NCBI GenBank assembly: GCA_004375895.1
Contig: SOJW01000068.1
Span: 640-64,639, forward strand
Direction of reading: 5' to 3'
DNA: 64,000 nucleotides
Origin: Candidatus Stahliibacteriota bacterium
Lineage (GTDB): Bacteria > Hydrothermota > Tepidihabitantia > B3-TA06
Position 1 is the first letter of the stretch. Every line of letters starts with the position of its first letter. Shown piece after piece: positions 63,663 through 64,000 of this stretch. The notes under the pieces were generated by a model that was not told the origin of the DNA, searched no databases, and was given only the letters and a program-made list of their open reading frames with translations. The position numbers were made by a program, and so were the translations under genes.

Positions 63663-64000
63663 ATGCCTTATCTATACATAGCCCTGGGTGTGGTTGTAAT
63701 CATCATCCTGGCTTCGGCTATCAGGATACTTAAGGAGTACGAACGCGGTGTAATCTTTCGCCTGGGTCGGCTTGTGGGTGCCAAGGGTCCGGGGCTTATT
63801 CTGCTCATCCCTTTTATCGATAGGATGGTGCGTGTGAGTCTGCGGACTATAACCATGGACATCCCACCGCAGGACGTTATCACCCGCGACAACGTAACCG
63901 TTGAGGTCAACGCCGTCACCTACTTCAGGGTAATGGATGCGTCAAAGGCGATAGTTGAGATTCAGGACTTCATCTTCGGCACATCCCAGATGGCCCAGAC
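63663..64000 (+). CDS. Stomatin/slipin (SPFH) family protein, runs off window (absent from ORF track)
   Basis: [61 protein letters not shown]; SD AGGAGG; promoter TTGACA-16-TATAAT at 63618-63645. Confidence 0.93.
   Translation, partial: MPYLYIALGVVVIIILASAIRILKEYERGVIFRLGRLVGAKGPGLILLIPFIDRMVRVSLRTITMDIPPQDVITRDNVTVEVNAVTYFRVMDASKAIVEIQDFIFGTSQMAQ

Overview
Bacterial chromosomal window from a diderm anaerobe (LolCDE, OmpA, PorV-like barrel, FlgD/T9SS-like C-terminal domain; an FCB-affiliated candidate phylum such as WOR-3/TA06 is a guess, not shown). Main blocks: (1) lysS-lolC/E-lolD-mcsA-mcsB-thiL operon; (2) a minus-strand nuoE-nuoF-nuoG(short)-hdrA'-mvhD'-hdrA-mvhD-flxC-flxB cluster with no hdrBC or flxA, interrupted by two PQQ-type beta-propeller paralogs and a nuclease-like ORF; (3) two AT-rich genes, tRNA-Lys(CTT), an S8 protease, an OmpA protein and a PorV-like/TPR protein; (4) a 15-gene Mrp-antiporter/group 4 [NiFe]-hydrogenase operon headed by sulfhydrogenase beta/gamma-like subunits and a Mo-ligand-less oxidoreductase; (5) accessory small genes (membrane proteins, Cas4-like nuclease, HEPN protein, GNAT, M23, VOC, TPR, SPFH) separated by dense short repeats. 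No transposase, integrase, RT or CRISPR array was seen. The least explained signals are in the non-coding layer: a CCCGTAACAC decamer present 23 times and a 112-bp element built on it that is translated in-frame inside two unrelated genes in opposite orientations; a five-copy covarying hairpin (GCGATCTTTT..AAAAGGAGC), two copies of which bracket an AT-rich HEPN gene; GTAG-type REP hairpins; and sigma70-type promoters with a near-uniform 16-bp spacer, many of them leaderless. Family assignments are from motif recognition by eye; no database search was run.
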